IMG/VR virus record: IMGVR_UViG_3300045988_068596
Strand: one strand, 5' to 3'
Origin: a virus
Length of the DNA stretch: 64,000 nt
This document shows positions 54,964 through 64,000 of this stretch, piece by piece. Both the position numbers and the translations under genes were made by a program. The stretch's first letter is position 1; every line of letters starts with the position of its first letter. Under the pieces are notes generated by a model that ran no database searches, was not told the DNA's origin, and saw only the letters and a list, made by a program, of their open reading frames with translations.

Positions 54964-55311
54964 CTATGGTTTAAAAATGCTGAACACGTAAGTCACAACC
55001 GCACCGAGAACAATCATGAAGATGTTTTCCACGATGTCTCTTTTATGGTCAAACTCTTTGTCGTTTACACCTTCGAGAGCATCAATGGTTTCTTCCAGTT
55101 TTGTAATCTGGTACGTAAGATGTGAATATTTCTCTTCATGAACAGCTAACCTTTTATCAAGACTGTTAACGATGTCCTTCAATTCACTAACTGCATTATT
55201 CAGTTCTGTGTTGTCCTGTTTAATGCCCTTCTCAGTTAGTTCTCCATGTTGGAGCTTGTCTTCCAATCGTTGCAGTCTTAATACTAGGTCACCTACTTGG
55301 TAATCGTTCAT
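54964..55311 (-). CDS. XhlA-like coiled-coil membrane protein (lysis-associated)
   Basis: long coiled-coil plus a C-terminal TM helix. Confidence 0.45.
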   Translation of the reverse strand: MNDYQVGDLVLRLQRLEDKLQHGELTEKGIKQDNTELNNAVSELKDIVNSLDKRLAVHEEKYSHLTYQITKLEETIDALEGVNDKEFDHKRDIVENIFMIVLGAVVTYVFSIFKP

Positions 55312-55350
55312 TTGTGCTCCCCCTCTCGGTTGTATAGCTCAATCTCCCGG

Positions 55351-55608
55351 TCAGTTAGAAAACCACATGTAACCGCCTATGCCCAGAATACATCCGACAA
55401 GGTAAATAATTGGAGTATACAGCCCAATGAAGAGCATAACCACGCTACCAACACTAAGTCCGTATAATATCAAAAGATACTTATACGATGCCAAAGGACT
55501 TAAATCTGCTTGCAGTTTTTTGTACTGTATAGCTCGGGTGACATAGTAGGATGCTGAGTAAACGAACAACTGTAGCAATAACATAGCAATAAATGCTAGT
55601 CGGTACAT
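55351..55608 (-). CDS. holin-like small membrane protein (2-3 TM)
   Basis: 85-aa hydrophobic ORF. Confidence 0.4.
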   Translation of the reverse strand: MYRLAFIAMLLLQLFVYSASYYVTRAIQYKKLQADLSPLASYKYLLILYGLSVGSVVMLFIGLYTPIIYLVGCILGIGGYMWFSN

Positions 55609-55726
55609 TCTATCGCCTCTCTTCTTTCCTAGAGCTATCTTTAATATAGTACACCAAAGCCTTTATAATCAGGTGTGCTAGATTAAATATGTAGGCTAAA
55701 AAATATAAACGGAAGAGTGAGAAAAA

Positions 55727-55996
55727 GTGAAGGTACGGAAAAAATTATTATACAAATCAATTTTTATCACCATCTCTGTTATCATCATGATTTGTGCAAG
55801 CAAGCTGATTGCAGATGTGCTAGGCTTAGAACAACATTTTACAGCAACAATGCTTGTAGGAGGTTCTTTGTGGGCTTGGATAGCTAGTATTGTCTTTGAT
55901 TCTTATGAGAAGAGAAAAAAGAAGGATAATCTACAGCAACAGCTTAATGAAGCACTGCGTGATTTAAAAGAGATAAAAGCGTTAATCAAAAAATAA
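55727..55996 (+). CDS. holin-like protein (N-terminal TM plus charged coiled-coil tail)
   Basis: 89 aa; BhlA/holin-like architecture. Confidence 0.4.
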   Translation: MKVRKKLLYKSIFITISVIIMICASKLIADVLGLEQHFTATMLVGGSLWAWIASIVFDSYEKRKKKDNLQQQLNEALRDLKEIKALIKK

Positions 55997-56006
55997 TTAA
56001 TAAGGG

Positions 56007-56294
56007 GTGGAGGATATGTCCCTTACAAGAGAAGAAATAAAGCAAAAAAGGCAGTATATTTTTAGCAAAGCTCAAAAGACGACAAATATACGAAAAGGGG
56101 ATAAACGCATAGCAAGTGCTACACGGATGTGTGCAGTATGTGGAAGACCGTTGTCCAGACTTGTTCTTACTAATGGTTCTGCAATAGTTACTACAGCACA
56201 TGTAAGCTGTAAGATGTCAGATTTAGTACGATTGAACATGTGCGAAGACATACGGTCTTGCTATGCGTATACAAGTAAAAAGGGGGAGGAATAG
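56007..56294 (+). CDS. hypothetical Cys-containing protein
   Basis: ORF with GGGTGGAGG RBS. Confidence 0.4.
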   Translation: MEDMSLTREEIKQKRQYIFSKAQKTTNIRKGDKRIASATRMCAVCGRPLSRLVLTNGSAIVTTAHVSCKMSDLVRLNMCEDIRSCYAYTSKKGEE

Positions 56295-56298
56295 CCAC

Positions 56299-56727
56299 AT
56301 GAGTATGGCAGACCGTATTAAAGAAAATGCTGAACAAAAGAAAATGGAACGTACATCCGAACAACGATTACGTGACACATTTAATAATGCTTCTCTCACG
56401 TTAATTAACCAGTTCATGGCTAAAGTTATGGCAGGTTCAATAGACATAGATGACGTTGGGGATTTAACCCGTCTATTCCAAATCTACATGCAGATTAATA
56501 ATATCAATGCAGGAATGCAAGAGGGAACTGGTCAATTACCTGCTCTTAGTGCTACACAAAAAGATATTATTGCAGACAAGGTAAGCACTGAAAAGGCTAC
56601 CATAGACGGAGAGGAGGAGGAAGTTGTTTCGTTGGAGGAGTTAGCTAAATTATCGGATGAAGAGATTGATAAGATGCTATTGGATAAGGAAATCCAAATG
56701 AACAAAGAAAACGAAGCAACGTTTTAA
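56299..56727 (+). CDS. putative terminase small subunit
   Basis: directly upstream of, and overlapping, the large terminase; acidic helical protein; start MSMADR after AAGGGGGAGGAA. Confidence 0.35.
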   Translation: MSMADRIKENAEQKKMERTSEQRLRDTFNNASLTLINQFMAKVMAGSIDIDDVGDLTRLFQIYMQINNINAGMQEGTGQLPALSATQKDIIADKVSTEKATIDGEEEEVVSLEELAKLSDEEIDKMLLDKEIQMNKENEATF

Positions 56728-57788
56728 TGACAAATAAAGCACAACATATTGCTAAAATGGCAAAAGAAATGTATGGGACGGACAAAATAACAACTGCACA
56801 GCTTGCCTACATCACAGACATGTTAACTCCGTCCACATATTTACTAAGAAACCACTCCGTTCGTAATCATCCGATTACATTTATGATTTCCGGACGTGAC
56901 CAACAAAAAGCCCAAGCGCATAGACCTTGGCAAGTAAAAATTATTAATGACCAACATCGAACAAAGGCAGTTATTAAATCACGGCAATTAGGGCTTTCAG
57001 AAATGGGTGTAGGAACCATGCTACACTTTGCAGATACACATAGTTATGATGCAGTTAAGTGTTTGTATACCTTCCCAACAAACGAACAAATGACTAAATT
57101 CGTACAAACACGTCTTGACCCCGTATTGCAACGTGGTTATTACAGTACGATTATTGACCCAGAAGTAGACTCATTAAAGGCTAAGAAGATTCGTAATAGC
57201 TTTTTATACTTCCGTTCAAGCTCTAAACCGGGAGCTGTAGAGGGGGTCGATATTGATTACCTATCTATGGATGAGTACGACCGTGTTCCTGCATTAGCCG
57301 AAGCTTCTGCATTGGAATCTATGTCATCTTCTCCATATAAGATTGTTACTCGTTGGTCTACCCCATCAGCTCCTGATGTAGGTATCCATGCTTTGTTTGA
57401 ACAGTCTGACCAATACTGGTACCTACACAAATGTGATAAGTGTAATCATTATAACCAAATGAACTATGAAGACTATGTACCAGAGGCACCAGTGGAACGT
57501 AGAGGGAACATCCTTTGTGTAAACCCTAAAGGGGTAGACCCAATTGCTAAAACAGTTGTGGATGGCTCCTTCCAATTCGTTTGTCAAAAATGTGGAGAAC
57601 CATTAGACCGTTGGTACAATGGTATATGGGTTCCTAAATATCCAGACCGTACTAAAAATGGTTTAGGTATTCGAGGATACATGATTTCTCAAATGAATGC
57701 TGTTTGGGTATCTGCTGACCAATTAAAAACAAAAGAGCTAACATCACTATCGAAACAAGCGTTCTATAACTATACGTTGGGTGAGTAA
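56727..57788 (+). CDS. terL: terminase large subunit, exon 1 (ATPase domain)
   Basis: T4-type Walker A KSRQLGLSEMG (compare gp17 SRQLGKT); ends with an in-frame stop after ...NYTLGE. Confidence 0.75.
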   Translation: MTNKAQHIAKMAKEMYGTDKITTAQLAYITDMLTPSTYLLRNHSVRNHPITFMISGRDQQKAQAHRPWQVKIINDQHRTKAVIKSRQLGLSEMGVGTMLHFADTHSYDAVKCLYTFPTNEQMTKFVQTRLDPVLQRGYYSTIIDPEVDSLKAKKIRNSFLYFRSSSKPGAVEGVDIDYLSMDEYDRVPALAEASALESMSSSPYKIVTRWSTPSAPDVGIHALFEQSDQYWYLHKCDKCNHYNQMNYEDYVPEAPVERRGNILCVNPKGVDPIAKTVVDGSFQFVCQKCGEPLDRWYNGIWVPKYPDRTKNGLGIRGYMISQMNAVWVSADQLKTKELTSLSKQAFYNYTLGE

Positions 57789-59040
57789 CGCCCCTTCAAT
57801 TGGTAACAATTGTCGAAAACTCTGTTAAACGGGCATAGGAAAATAACCAATATCCTGATAAGAGACCCTGCCTCCTGAAAAGGAAAGAGGGAATCCCGTG
57901 CTAAATCAGTGCAAAGCACTGTAAATGCCTAACGACTAAATTTCTAGGTAGCTAACCAAACGGGGTTAGTGAGAACTAGATAAGAACTACAAGACATTCT
58001 AAGTATGCTATTATAATTACTGAGAGGTGATTAGATGGCAAGGAAACAAACCACTGAAACATTTACAGCTCGAGTAGCTGAACTCACTGACAATGAATAC
58101 ATAGTTGTTGGTGAATATGTAAATAACAAAACAAAAATAGCTATAACTCACACAACGTGTAATACTACTTATCTAGTTAAACCAAAAGGTTTTTTGGATG
58201 GCAACCGATGCCCTCATTGTAGAAATAAGCTACGAGGGGCTAAGCCTAAGACACAAGAGCAGTTCGCAGAAGAGGTTGCAAACTTAACGGATAACGAGTA
58301 CATCGTTGTAGGGGAGTATACAGGGGCTACTAACAAAGTAGCAATCCAACATAGACTATGTGGTAACTCATGGAAAGTTTCTCCGAATAGCTTTTTATCT
58401 CGAGGAACACGATGCCCTACATGCGTAAGAGACATGACAGCGCAGGAGCAAAGGTACTCTACAGAGCAGTTTATTCAGAGATTAGAGGAGCGCTTTCCGA
58501 AAGAGTATACAGTACTATCTGAGTACACGGGTAGCAAGAAAAAAGTTTTGGTACGTCACAACCGCTGTGGTAATGAGTGGGAAATCAAGGCAAGTCATCT
58601 GCTACACCAAAACATGTGTCCTAGATGTAAGTCATCGAAAGGTGAAGCATTGATTCGGAAGTACTTAACAAACATAGGTTTGGATTTTACTGAACAACAA
58701 ACCTTCCCTAGTCTAGAACTTAAAAAATCACTATCCTATGATTTCTATATACCTAGTCAGCAGTTGCTGATTGAATACCAAGGTATACAACATTATGAAC
58801 CAATAGCCCACTTCGGTGGAACTAAACGGTTCGAACTTCAACAGGAGAGTGATAAAAGAAAACGAAAATACGCAAGTGAGCATGGGCTACGATTAGTGGA
58901 AGTACCCTACTCACTCGATACATTAGAAAAGGTATCGACATACTTAGAACAGGAAGTCAAACTTGTAGTGTAAAGCAGAGCAACCTAAACCAAAAAATAG
59001 GTTGATGATATAGTCTAGTCCGACTGCCAAGAGCAGTAAC
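57786..59040 (+). mobile_element. intervening sequence (probable group I intron) splitting terL and carrying a homing endonuclease
   Basis: TerL ATPase and nuclease halves are separated by about 1.25 kb that holds an HE ORF with its own RBS; boundaries approximate. Confidence 0.55.
58035..58973 (+). CDS. homing endonuclease: three tandem Zn-ribbon DNA-binding repeats plus a C-terminal Vsr-like PD-(D/E)xK nuclease (DUF559-like)
   Basis: three repeats of EY(I/T)VVGEY...CG..W...P..FL....CP.C; C-terminal block DFYIPSQQLLIEYQGIQHY...RKRKYASEHG. Confidence 0.6.
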   Translation: MARKQTTETFTARVAELTDNEYIVVGEYVNNKTKIAITHTTCNTTYLVKPKGFLDGNRCPHCRNKLRGAKPKTQEQFAEEVANLTDNEYIVVGEYTGATNKVAIQHRLCGNSWKVSPNSFLSRGTRCPTCVRDMTAQEQRYSTEQFIQRLEERFPKEYTVLSEYTGSKKKVLVRHNRCGNEWEIKASHLLHQNMCPRCKSSKGEALIRKYLTNIGLDFTEQQTFPSLELKKSLSYDFYIPSQQLLIEYQGIQHYEPIAHFGGTKRFELQQESDKRKRKYASEHGLRLVEVPYSLDTLEKVSTYLEQEVKLVV

Positions 59041-59848
59041 AAAATACTACGAAAGTAGCGGTAATTCGTATCCGTATGCTGACCAAAAACTTACTGTTAA
59101 TGCCGGTGACGTAGAACGTAACAGACGTGGAGACCTCCCAGAATCTCCTAGAGACCGTGGAGATTACAAGTTTATCTCTGTAGGTATTGACTGGGGAAAC
59201 AGACACTGGGTGTCCATTCATGGCGTTAGAACGAATGGTCAAGTAGATTTAATTAAATTGTTCTCTGTAGGTAAAGCTAACCCGTTAAACCCTGATGCAA
59301 TTGATACAGATATTCAGTCAATTCGATTACAATTAGCACCATATGAACCTGATATTATCGTTGCTGATGTTGGTGACTCTGGTGATAAAGTTGCTAAACT
59401 GATTCAGATTTATGGTAAAGACCGTGTATTTGGTTGTGTATACCCATCTACACCTAAATCTACAGGTAACTTAGTGCCTAGTTGGAATGTTCAAGGTAAC
59501 AAGGTATCTGCTGATAAGCTAATGCAGAATAAACGATACATCTCAAACATGAAAGATGGAGTTATCGGTTTCTACCACAAAATGGATAGTGAACTAATGC
59601 TTTACATTGAACACTGGGGAAATGTAGTAATTCGTGATGAAGAGGATGAAAAATCTCCTACAGGATTCCGACAAACCATCGGACGTAAAGGTGATGACCA
59701 CTATTCACAAGCTAGTGTTTATTCCATGTTAGGTTATGAACATTTGATGAACGTATTTACAGGGGCAGATGACTACGGGTTTAACTCTGATTGGATTTCT
59801 ACTCAATTGAACCCTACACCTCCTGATATTTTTACTCAGTTTACTTAA
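59041..59848 (+). CDS. terL: terminase large subunit, exon 2 (nuclease domain); 5' boundary approximate
   Basis: in-frame extension upstream of the annotated GTG gives ...DYKFISVGIDWGNRHW... (RNase H-like nuclease motif I); frame opens at 59009. Confidence 0.6.
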
Positions 59849-59854
59849 AAAAGC

Positions 59855-59982
59855 AAAATGTCCTATTTTAATTTTTCTACGTCCTTATATATTAATACTA
59901 TATATCTATATACCTATATCTAGTTAGTAAGTATATATAGTATAATATATTATATAAGGGAGACAAAAATTTAAAATAGGAC
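59855..59982. repeat. AT-rich element bounded by 22-nt inverted repeats; copy 2
   Basis: AAAATGTCCTATTTTAATTTTTC ... AAAAATTTAAAATAGGACATTTTT; shares the internal block CCTCCTTATATA..TTAATACTATATAT with copy 1. Confidence 0.55.
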
Positions 59983-60093
59983 ATTTTTATTAAATTAGCT
60001 ATTGATTGACAAAAAATAATATGCTATTATACTACTTGTCAATAATAGCACTAGTTATTTTTTCTTGTCATAACAATAAAGGAGACGTTTACA

Positions 60094-60938
60094 TGAATGA
60101 CAATCAAGAATACCAAGCTCTTGTTGATAATCTTCTTAGCTCTGTTCCAGAATTTAAACCTGTAGAAGCTACAGTCAGTAAATCCTTTTTAGAAGGTATG
60201 CTAGGCAAGAAGTTAGACTACGGGTACGTTATATCAGAAAATGAAAAATTATCAAAAGACTATTCACATATTGTGAAGGCTTATGGTTTTAACTCCTTTT
60301 ATGACCTATACTGCTATGCTGATAGTTGTGATTCACTAAATGACTATTTAATTAAAGGTGGTCAAAAAGATTTATCAAAGTTGAAGCCAGTTAAAAGACG
60401 AGTAATGAGAAATGGTAAAATGATGACGACTACTATCTACGAAGACAGTTCCGGAGAAGATGATGATAAAAACCCATTAGATAAGGACACTCAAACAGAG
60501 GAAAATGTTGAGCCAAGAAATGCTAGAGATTTAAGCAAAACAATTATTGGAGATGACCATAATGGTATAGACCCAAAACAAATTGCTAAACTTAAAACTG
60601 AGGCAGGTAATCTAAATGGGACATTTTCAACTGATTGTTCTTCATACTTAGTTCTTCAAGGAGAAACCGGAGAAATTGGTGGTGTGGCAGGTTATCGTAA
60701 AGAGGGTAGCTATTTATATTTAGCTTTCTACCAATCAGACGACCTTACAAGTGGAGTGGCTTATGTAGCATTTACACAACTATTGTTACGTGCTCGTAAA
60801 CTTGGCTTGGGCGCTAAGATTGATGCTACTGATGACCCGTTAGCACTAGAATTATTTAAAGAATACGGACTTAAAAAAAGTGGTAGTTGTTATATAATTT
60901 CCAAGAGTTCCCTACTGGAAGCGCTTGGGGAGCCATGA
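60094..60938 (+). CDS. hypothetical protein
   Basis: start MNDNQ after AAAGGAGACG RBS; the ORF-track N-terminal extension lacks an RBS. Confidence 0.5.
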
Positions 60939-61762
60939 TTTCAACTTTTGAGTTATTTTTAATTTTAGCCTTCTCAACAACCGTGTTTATATGCTATAAT
61001 CTTTTTGTAGCTCAAACAGTCAAGACAATTTTTGATTTGAGAAAAAAGGCACAAGTTGTGCTAACTGAAAGAGCAACTGAGCTAACGAAGAAGTTAACAA
61101 ACATACTGAAAGGGGATGTACAGGAGTTGCCAGAGAAAGAAAACGTAATTATTAACGAACAAACACTCTCTGACTTGTTAGTCGAAAAAGCAAGCGATGC
61201 CGACTACAAATTGTTCATTGAGAAACTGACAGAGATTGTAAAGGACTTATATTCAAATTATCAATTTCTTCGTCAAGACCCACAACCCGATGATTTCATG
61301 TCAGGCTATTTTTTAGGGTTCCAAGTTTTTAGAGAGGAATACCCTGTCGAATATGAGTATTTATTCCGATTAGCTATTGACCGTGGGTTAGACGATATTA
61401 AAATCAATAAACTCTTTGTCGAAGCTTTACAAAACGGAGAGGTATTACCATTAGGAGATGCCATTGTAGACCCTAACTTGTCCGGATGCAGTTCTATCCT
61501 TCAAGCACAAGAAGTACGTGTAAACATTGTATTCGCACCTAAAGCATACATGGAGCGTAAAGAAGAGCTGATTGAAGAAAAAACTGCTGAAATGGAAAAG
61601 CAGAAGAAAGAGCAACAAGAACTAGCAATCCAAAAAGACAACGTGGTTAAATCTGCACGTCTTGCTGAGGCTGTCATTAACGAATTAGTGGATGAAGTCG
61701 CAGAAAAACACGAACTACAAGAACTCGTTAAACAAATTAAAGAAAGCATGAGGTATTTCTAA
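60935..61762 (+). CDS. membrane-anchored coiled-coil protein
   Basis: start MISTFELFL; one TM, then a helical/acidic region. Confidence 0.45.
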   Translation: MISTFELFLILAFSTTVFICYNLFVAQTVKTIFDLRKKAQVVLTERATELTKKLTNILKGDVQELPEKENVIINEQTLSDLLVEKASDADYKLFIEKLTEIVKDLYSNYQFLRQDPQPDDFMSGYFLGFQVFREEYPVEYEYLFRLAIDRGLDDIKINKLFVEALQNGEVLPLGDAIVDPNLSGCSSILQAQEVRVNIVFAPKAYMERKEELIEEKTAEMEKQKKEQQELAIQKDNVVKSARLAEAVINELVDEVAEKHELQELVKQIKESMRYF

Positions 61763-62119
61763 ATGGCAAACCCTACAACCAAAGTAACATTAAACCAAGC
61801 ATTAATCAAAGAATTGCGTGCACTTCAAGGAAAAAGAGAGTCCTTGATTGCAAGCAATCTACATGTACCAGAACCTCAGTCAGTTATGATTCCAATTCCT
61901 AATGTTTTAGTAACAGATGGTGACAAAGAGGTACTAAAATTTATTAAAAATATCGGTTTAATTAGAGCTGATAAATCTTTTGGGTTAGATGTGGCAATTG
62001 AAGCAGGAGAAAAAGTAACCCTTACAGATGGACGTTCTTCCACTATCTTGGAATGTATTTTCTATTACACAGGAGATACAAAAATTGATGAAATTGAGCA
62101 ATTCTTAGAACAAAACTAA
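61763..62119 (+). CDS. hypothetical protein
   Basis: ORF. Confidence 0.45.
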   Translation: MANPTTKVTLNQALIKELRALQGKRESLIASNLHVPEPQSVMIPIPNVLVTDGDKEVLKFIKNIGLIRADKSFGLDVAIEAGEKVTLTDGRSSTILECIFYYTGDTKIDEIEQFLEQN

Positions 62120-62221
62120 TATTTCCTGATTAAAAAGAAGCTTTTTTTACTTGTGCTATATTAACACTGCACAGGAAAAGAGAGCTTCTTTTTTTGTGAC
62201 TTTTTTACAGGAGGTTGCAAG

Positions 62222-63478
62222 ATGGCAGGAGAAGTATTTAGTAGTTTGATTACAAGTGTTAACCCTAATTTGATGAACGCAGGTAGTCGTAACGGTATTG
62301 CTATTGACCGAATTATTCTACATCACAACGCAACAACAAATAAAGATGTTGCTATGAACACATGGTTATTAGGTGGTAGCGCAGGTACATCTGCTCACTA
62401 TGAATGTACACCAACAGAGATTATTGGATGTGTCGGTGAACAGTACTCAGCATTCCATGCCGGAGGAACTGGTGGCGCAGATATTCCTAAGATTTCTAAC
62501 CCTAACCAACGTTCAATCGGTATTGAAAATGTAAATTCAAGCGGTGCTCCTAACTGGTCAATAGACCCTCGTACAGTTACAAATTGTGCTAGATTAGTGG
62601 CAGACATTTGTAAACGTTATGGGATTCCATGTGACCGACAACATGTCTTAGGACATAACGAAGTGACTGCAACAGCATGTCCCGGAGGAATGAACGTAGA
62701 CGAAGTAGTACGTCAAGCAAAACAGTTTATGGCAGGTGGAAACAGCAGTACAGCTACAGCCACTCGTCAAGCATTCTTCGATGTTGTGAACGTAAACTCT
62801 GGTGCATTTAATGTGCAAGGATGGTTCATCCCTAGCAAGTCTACAAAAGGACAATCTATTTGGTTGTACTTTATGGACAAGAAAACGAATAAAGAAATTG
62901 CTCGTTTCCAAGGTAAACGTGTAGTTCGTGAAGACGTTAAGAAAGTATATCCATCTAACCCTAACGGAGCAGATGTTGGTTTTAACGTTGATGGTGCAAC
63001 TCCACAAAGTCTTATGGGCAAAGACTATTACTTCTTGTTACGTTACAACAACGATAACAAAGAAGAACTTTTCGTAACAGATAAAGTCTTTAAAGCACCT
63101 GCACTAGTTAACCGTGGTTGCCTAGACGTAATTAGAGGTGACAAAGGTCAGGTTACTTTACATGGATGGCATTTATCTTCCAAACGTAGAAACTCTGACA
63201 AACACTTCTTGTTCATCATGGATAAGAAAACGAATAAAGAAATTGTGCGTTTTGACGTTACAAAATCTTCGTTCAAAGCTTCCCCAGATATTCAAAAATT
63301 GTATGACGGTACAATTGCACAACGAACTAATTGTAGATTTGCTTTTGCTCATGCACTGGATGCTAAATCCCCTGCACGTGGTAAAGACATCTATATTTTA
63401 AGTCGTTACTGCTCTGACCCTGCGGGTAACAACGGGATTTCCGACCAGTTACAACTTGGTGGAACTCACAAATTGTAA
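62222..63478 (+). CDS. endolysin: N-acetylmuramoyl-L-alanine amidase (Amidase_2/PGRP) with C-terminal repeat domain
   Basis: ILHHNAT, GHNEV and CPGG motifs; two C-terminal repeats (FxMDKKTNKEIxRF). Confidence 0.8.
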   Translation: MAGEVFSSLITSVNPNLMNAGSRNGIAIDRIILHHNATTNKDVAMNTWLLGGSAGTSAHYECTPTEIIGCVGEQYSAFHAGGTGGADIPKISNPNQRSIGIENVNSSGAPNWSIDPRTVTNCARLVADICKRYGIPCDRQHVLGHNEVTATACPGGMNVDEVVRQAKQFMAGGNSSTATATRQAFFDVVNVNSGAFNVQGWFIPSKSTKGQSIWLYFMDKKTNKEIARFQGKRVVREDVKKVYPSNPNGADVGFNVDGATPQSLMGKDYYFLLRYNNDNKEELFVTDKVFKAPALVNRGCLDVIRGDKGQVTLHGWHLSSKRRNSDKHFLFIMDKKTNKEIVRFDVTKSSFKASPDIQKLYDGTIAQRTNCRFAFAHALDAKSPARGKDIYILSRYCSDPAGNNGISDQLQLGGTHKL

Positions 63479-63635
63479 CATTACATTGACCTACCTTCTG
63501 GTGGGTCTTTTTTATTACTGTAATATAATGTAAAGGAACTGTAATAATATAGGACTAACTTTGTAACACTAATTTGCTATATTAGTTCCTGTAAGCAACA
63601 CATAAAACTAAAACAACCCAAAGGAGAACGACAAC

Positions 63636-64000
63636 TTGAAGAAAACGACAATTGCAACATTAGGACTTTTAGGACTAGGACTATCATTAGGATTGGGAGC
63701 TAAAGCTCACGCAGACGAAATCCAAGAAAATGGACAAACTTACTGGCAAGTAGAATCCGGGGATACATTATCAACTATTGGTAATCGTTACGGAATTGAT
63801 TTTAACTTAATTCACCAAGCAAACTCAGACAAAGTTTCAGATGCTAACTTGATTTATGTTGGGGACAAACTATTATTACCATTAAACGGTGAAGTTCAAG
63901 CTCCTGTAGCTCAACCAGTGCAAGAAGCACCAGTTGTAGAACAAGCGCCTGTAGTAGAAGAAACACCTGTAGTTGAACAGGCACCAGTTGTTCAAGAACC
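63636..64000 (+). CDS. secreted LysM-domain protein (partial, continues beyond window); TTG start
   Basis: AAAGGAGAACGACAAC then TTG; signal peptide LKKTTIATLGLLGLGLSLGLGAKAHA; LysM YWQVESGDTLSTIGNRYG...LIYVGDKLLLP; then an AP/VV-rich linker. Confidence 0.6.
   Translation, partial: MKKTTIATLGLLGLGLSLGLGAKAHADEIQENGQTYWQVESGDTLSTIGNRYGIDFNLIHQANSDKVSDANLIYVGDKLLLPLNGEVQAPVAQPVQEAPVVEQAPVVEETPVVEQAPVVQE

Noticed and set aside
57786-57800. GTGAG at the terL exon 1 end taken as a group II intron 5' splice site
   Set aside because: Group II consensus is GUGYG. There is no room or evidence for domains V/VI or an RT ORF. The homing-endonuclease type favours a group I intron.
59015-59242. ORF-track minus-strand CDS (75 aa)
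   Set aside because: It is antisense to the terL exon 2 extension; the + frame encodes the conserved nuclease motif.

Overview
The window is an AT-rich stretch of a large virulent phage genome. The -35/-10 promoters, RBS style and gene content point to a Bacillus-like Firmicutes host. It has three parts.

(1) 1-5550, plus strand: about 16 small early ORFs, each behind a near-identical sigma-A-type promoter (TTGACA(T/A)TAAACAATAAACA...TATAAT). This looks like a host-takeover module.

(2) 5750-54909, minus strand: a long middle-gene region. It encodes RtcB RNA ligase, a LarB/PurE-like enzyme, three tandem metallophosphoesterases plus a DEDD exonuclease, an SPFH protein, NrdG, a divergent ThyA-family enzyme, PnuC with NadR (NAD salvage), LemA, a HAD phosphatase, NrdH, a PnuC-like transporter with a deoxynucleoside kinase, and a DGQHR protein. 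Its nrdD gene is split by a group I intron carrying a LAGLIDADG homing endonuclease. There is also a Ro60/TROVE-like vWA protein. The region ends in a large RNA-gene array: about 27 tRNAs, a tmRNA with tag AKNEELLAVA, and several tRNA-like oddities. The minus-strand genes use a second promoter family (GTGTTGACTT-N17-TGATATACT).

(3) 54964-64000: a lysis cassette (XhlA-like protein, holins, amidase endolysin, secreted LysM protein) and the terminase. The terminase small subunit is putative. The large subunit is split by an intervening sequence of about 1.25 kb carrying a Vsr-like PD-(D/E)xK homing endonuclease.

Most interesting: just upstream of the Ro60-like gene, on the same strand, sits a self-contained transcription unit of about 500 nt. 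It holds two circularly permuted tRNA-like modules (T-arm, acceptor hairpin, D-arm), each closed by a covarying 7-bp stem, and three copies of a structured repeat. This is the architecture of Y-RNA (YrlA-like) tRNA mimics that partner with Ro60/Rsr. Together with RtcB, the tmRNA and the tRNA array it suggests a phage-encoded RNA repair/quality-control suite.

Coordinates of the RNA genes are hand-derived and may be off by a few nt.
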